DNA of 64,000 nucleotides from Eledone cirrhosa (Eukaryota), in contig OZ024741.1 of the NCBI GenBank assembly GCA_964016885.1, forward strand, positions 312,480,001 through 312,544,000, read 5' to 3'. Numbering within the stretch: the first letter of the stretch is position 1; each line of letters opens with the position of its first letter. The notes under the pieces are model-generated. The model was not told the DNA's origin, did not search any database, and saw only the letters and a list, made by a program, of their open reading frames with translations. Both the position numbers and the translations under genes were made by a program. Positions 58,135 through 64,000 of this stretch are shown piece by piece.

Positions 58135-58920
58135 TGTGTATGTGTATATATATATATACCCATGTGGAGGTATGAGTACATATTCGTGTGTGTACGTATG
58201 TGTATGTGTGTTTTTATATGTGTCTCTATATGTTTTTGTGTATGTATGTGGATGTATTTGTACATGGGTGTGTGATTGATGGTGTGTGCCTATATATTCC
58301 TACATATGCCCGTGTGTGTATGTACGTATATGCGCACATATGTGTGTGTTGAACAAAGGACTAACTTTGGGATGGACGTAGAAAAATTCTTCATGAAAAA
58401 AATAAGAAAAAATAATTATTCACAAACTTGACAGGTGCGATTTGCCTGTGACCAGTCTCAACACAAAAGTAATACTAAAAGCTTTTTCCCCTGAATAAAG
58501 GAATTTTTCGAGAATGACCGGGGCAGGCCGCACTTGCTACACTTCTACCCACCCAACCCTACTCACCGTCTCAACTCATTACTGCTATGAACACTTTTTC
58601 AACACACCTACACCCATGCACTTATTAAAGGGGGAGAAAAGAAACCCCCACCACACCACAGACATGTTAAATCCCTATATATAGAACAACACACCACATA
58701 CACATCAGTTTGACAAGCGCACCTCAGCGTGAAAGGTCTTTCTAAAAACTAAACAATACCTCCTACGTTAACCAAGAACTCCTAAGACCTAACCAACAAC
58801 CAACAACTTAATTTATAAAATAATTTTTTTTAAGAAAGATTCTTTTGGGATTTTGTGAAGAAAATAAATTTGTTGAAAGCACAAGTGAAGCCATTTTTTC
58901 TTCCCCCCTGTCTTAATATA
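53621..58920 (-). mobile_element. Near full-length Neptune-like PLE bracketed by ~950-bp inverted repeats (53621-54560 / 57940-58920)
   Basis: Coding remnants from ~57350 ('INIS...LLENGLKFTPTP', 'KVADKGGAIVIM', 'LYGLPKIHK') to 55122, with a stop at 56833 and frameshifts at ~56710 and ~57210. The arms are reverse complements. Confidence 0.9.
55122..56555 (-). CDS. Uninterrupted 3' part of the Neptune-like PLE ORF (RT core, thumb, Cys linker, GIY-YIG)
   Basis: Motifs 'SFDVISLYTNIP', 'GTAMG', 'WKRYLDD', 'LPFLD', 'KPTDTHQYL', 'CGDPRCGTC' and 'LIYCATCPQCKEYYIGETG'. Confidence 0.92.
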   Translation of the reverse strand: MESLNYIPQKVHRDTILVSFDVISLYTNIPHDLGIEAVDFWITKHSSHISERFPKEFLLEGLKLVLENNHFLFDNELYLQIKGTAMGTKVAPTYATLVMGHLEAKLYSQLQITFSHDFAFYINKNWKRYLDDCFIFWDRSQTDLHKFYSILNRLHEAIQFTMECNEKELPFLDILIIKEGENIITDLFCKPTDTHQYLNFRSAHPSHTKRNIPFNMARRICTIATHPVRQEKRLCDLKKFLKKQEYPMKLINAAISKAKNIPITTLRKPNPQHKKENPAISFVITHNLGNINIVKTAKQYLPILQQSTKMNALLKNTQIIYSRRQAPNRKKLITKAKFTTNMESMQVTKCGDPRCGTCELIEEGKQLSFKNHDNFKVNANMNCKTKNLIYCATCPQCKEYYIGETGTGLHDRVRVHKQQIKDPTVRNTTCIAHFASCGKGKFTIFPFFKIWSDNEHFRRYKEEFFIEKFKPLLNTKK

Positions 58921-59063
58921 CCTAACTGTACCAAGGATTACACACATTTTCCAATATATATATATATATATATATATATTAAGATAAGGAGAACAAGTAA
59001 AATTCAATCAATTTTTCAAAATACATTAAAAAATATAATATAAATATTTACCTCTCCTAGTGG

Positions 59064-59142
59064 CCCTTACTGATCAGTTTCGCTTTGTAAAACCTCATAA
59101 ATGCGATGGATTTATGATGGAAAACCAAAGCTCATCAGAGAA
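59064..59142 (-). ncRNA. Type I hammerhead motif with canonical core and long interrupted stem II
   Basis: ttct CTGATGA gctttg[gttttcca-tcataaat-ccatcgc-atttatga-ggtttta]caaagc GAAA ctgatcag TA aggg. Confidence 0.75.
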
Positions 59143-59266
59143 GCATTTTCCCTTCCTAGGGCTAATCGTCCCAGGAACGACAAAATATACAATCTCCTGC
59201 CAGCTAATAAAGGTCTGAAAGGTCGTAAAATTGACCCGTATGTAAACTGGACCGAATATATGTATT

Positions 59267-59297
<31 letters not shown>

Positions 59298-59525
59298 GTA
59301 TTTATATATATATGCACATATATATATGTATTTATATATATATGCATATATAAATGTACGGCAACACTCATCTTTTTCCATTTCTCCGAGGGTTATAAAC
59401 CCCACTATCAGGATAGAAATTTCTTTAGTCTAAAATACGGTGAAAGCTTATAATTTCTAATTTCTAATCTCAAACTCGCGCACCGTTTCAAAAACATACT
59501 TACGTGTTTACATTTATAATTTGCT

Positions 59526-59632
<107 letters not shown>

Positions 59633-59664
59633 AGATCAAAAGATGGTTAAAGGAGTTCCATGTA

Positions 59665-59731
59665 TTTTATTATGCGCATTTCAAAAACAAACATCATCAT
59701 GCAATAATATTTGTGTTTTCATCAGATAAAA
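59665..59731 (-). ncRNA. Type I hammerhead motif in the 3' pLTR of the Naiad-like PLE at 60.8-62.3 kb
   Basis: ttttat CTGATGA aaacacaaatattat-tgc-atgatgatgtttgttttt GAAA tgcgca TA ataaaa, in sense orientation to the ORF. Confidence 0.72.
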
Positions 59732-60798
59732 CAGGAGAACATGATATGAAGGCTAAAAAACACTTGTGGATAGTGCAGTTTTAAATCTACATATGAAAAG
59801 TGGTTTTAGATTGATGTGTGATATTGGGAAAACATTTTATTTAGAGAGGGGGGGATGAAAAGGGGGGAGGAGATGAGAGGGAGAGATGGGTGATAGAGAG
59901 AAAGAGATAGCTTTTATAACTGAGAGGAGATATACTGTCCCACACAGAGAGGTTGAAAACCGTTGGAAGATAATGTATAAACCCCAAAAAAATTTTGAAA
60001 ATCAACGAAAGGAGGATATGTGCGAGGAAAAAGTATTTTATTTAAGGAGGGGGGCTGGAAAGGATGAAAAAAAGGGGGAGGAGATGAGAGTGAAGGTGGA
60101 GAGGGAGAGATGGGCGATAGAGAGAAAGAGATAGTTTTTATAACTGAGAGAAAGATACATTGCCTTACACAGAGAGGTTGAGAAACCGTTGGAAGATAAT
60201 GTATAAATTAAAGGAATTTGAAAATTAACGAAGGGAATTTATGTATGAAGATAGAGAGAAGAAATAATAATTGTGGATGAATATTCTAACGTCAAAAAAA
60301 GGGTATGTTGTGGCAATTTCAAAATTAACGAAGAGAAAAATTATTAAGGTTTGTGTGTAGAAGGATTTGAGAAAAATAATGTGAAGTTAAAGTTTGTATA
60401 TTGGAGGAATTGATAATATATGCGAATAGAGTTAATATGTATTAAGAATGAGTTCGTTGATGGGGAGAAAAAAAAAAAAATAAATTAAGGATGAAATTGA
60501 GATTAAAAAGATTTATGAGAGAGAGAAAAAAATAATTGTTTCTACGTTTGGCACAAGGAGAGAGAAAAAAATAATGATTGCGGATAAATATTCTAACGTC
60601 AAAAAAAAAAAAAAAAAAAACAGATGTATATGTTATGAATGATTTTACAAGGTGAAGATAGAGTGAGGGTAATGAGTAAACAAGTATTATAGAGTGTATA
60701 AAGCCCTTTAAAGTATGGTAGGAAGATGGGTATATTTTAAAGAGGTGTATGTATATGTGCCTTTGAGAAAAGATTCTAAATTGATAAAGAATTGAATA

Positions 60799-62409
<1,611 letters not shown>

Positions 62410-62599
62410 TATAGGCATATATATATATATGAATTTATATATATATATATGAATTTATATATATATACATATATATATATATGAATTTATATATATATAC
62501 ATATATATATATATGAATTTATATATATATATATATATTTACATATATATGTATTTATATATATATATATTAATTTATATATATACATATATATATATA

Positions 62600-63490
62600 T
62601 TAAAGAGTTAAACAAGATTCAATGAGTAAATCAAAGAATGAGTTTTACAGTAGATTGGATGCACTCTACAGTTAAAAGATTTTTCCAGAGTTATTAATAC
62701 TAATTCAAATATTAACGAAATAGATATTCTTGTGATCAATTAAATTTTATTATACATATTCAGAGGTACTTGAATCAGGTTCAACGGTACGTCCTTATCA
62801 GATAAAATAAAATGATACATGACATACCATGACATGTTAGATGGTTAAGATTTAATTAAGGTAGTGATTAACTTGAGAAAACTCAATTCTTATACCCTAA
62901 TATTGAGAACACGTGAAAACATAATAGAATCAATAGAGAGAGTGTGATTAAGAAAAACTTTGCCTTAATGCAACAGTTATAGATTAAGGACTATAGATTA
63001 AGACGTATCTGGAGTTATAATTTATTTAGTTTTTAGCTTGAGAATGCAACTGACATATAATTAAAGACAGGGAGAGATAAAGGGGAGTAATTTATGCTCA
63101 AAATTTCTTCGGACACATATAAACATGTATAATTTGGCGGTTAAATTTCAAAATATTTAATTTATGTTATTCTAGCGTTAAGAATCAACATTTTAGGTTT
63201 TAACAGTTGATGGTTATTTGTATTAATTTTATAAATTTTATAAATTTCATAAATGTGTTAGACTTCTAAAATTCAAAGTTTTATGAAAACAAATTTAAAG
63301 GATTTACGAGGCCCGCGAAAGAAAAATATATACTGTTCAATATTCTCACAAAGTTAATCTTTAACAAAATTACTTTTAACAGTGACAAGATTTTCCATAA
63401 GTATAGTTTATGAAGTATTTACAGTTATAACTATCAAGGAATTTATTGTTAAATAGTTATAGTGCCAAAAGTATAATAATTAAACCAGAG
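62600..63490 (-). pseudogene. Possible very old PLE 3' end (Naiad-like C-terminus plus tail)
   Basis: Weak 'YLWKILS...LCENIEQYI...LN' at ~63290-63410, and a degenerate HHR-like 'CTGATAA ggacg-tac-cgtt GAAC' at ~62780-62805. Confidence 0.3.
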
Positions 63491-63627
63491 TTGTCCGCTA
63501 TATATATATATATATATATATGAGTGTGCATTGATCATCATAAGAGGATTATAAATTATTATTCTTTTATTATTTGTTCATATATTATATTAAATCACTA
63601 CATTAGTTCCACCTTCTAGGGAAGACT

Positions 63628-64000
63628 GAACTCTAATTATGATGATGTATACAATATAGATATATTTGCACAAACTATATATAGATTTATACCGAACTCT
63701 AATTATGATTATGTTCTTATACATTATAAACATATTTGCACAAAATTATATACAGAGATATACCGAACTATAATTATGATTATGTTATTATACAATATAA
63801 ACATATTTGCACAATCTATATATAGAGAGATATACTAAGTATTAATGAGACGGTATACATTTAATAAAGTATAACGATTATAATCTTTGATAGTAGTTTC
63901 ATACATGCATAACTACGATTATGTTATTACACTAGATAAAGATATTTGCACAAACTATACTTTGATATACTAGGTATTAATAAGACAGTATATATCCAAT
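63628..64000. repeat. Minisatellite, ~65-72-bp unit, about 4 diverged copies
   Basis: Recurring 'gaactctaattatgattatg...atatttgcacaa...gatatac'. Confidence 0.8.

Noticed and set aside
63628-64000. CRISPR-like periodicity
   Set aside because: Whole units are homologous with no unique spacers, the context is eukaryotic, and there are no cas genes.

Overview
AT-rich eukaryotic DNA dense in (TA)n/(CA)n microsatellites. It looks like invertebrate intronic sequence, and a cephalopod or other mollusc is my inference from the repeat landscape. Almost all long ORFs belong to retroelements. There are at least six Penelope-like elements (PLEs; RT + C-terminal GIY-YIG) of three apparent types (Naiad-like 'YRDD/CxC-x5-CPL', Neptune-like, and one possibly Nematis-like). 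A ~19 kb cluster (29-48 kb) holds five R4/Dong-type non-LTR retrotransposons (RT + CCHC + PD-(D/E)xK endonuclease) tied to (TAA)n. RTE-clade 3' fragments, tRNA-derived MetaSINE-like SINEs and one TIR-bounded element are also present. The only convincing host coding signal is a 132-nt phase 1-1 EGF-like exon on the minus strand (50356-50487). The most striking non-coding structure is a set of minimal type I hammerhead ribozyme (HHR) motifs with palindromic stem III, from at least four unrelated sequence families. They occur in a retrozyme-like ~429-bp tandem array (52.0-53.5 kb) and in fold-back inverted pLTR pairs embedded in (TA)n. All calls were read by eye, so boundaries are approximate and no searches were run. 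The many 'YIYIYI' ORFs are microsatellite artefacts.
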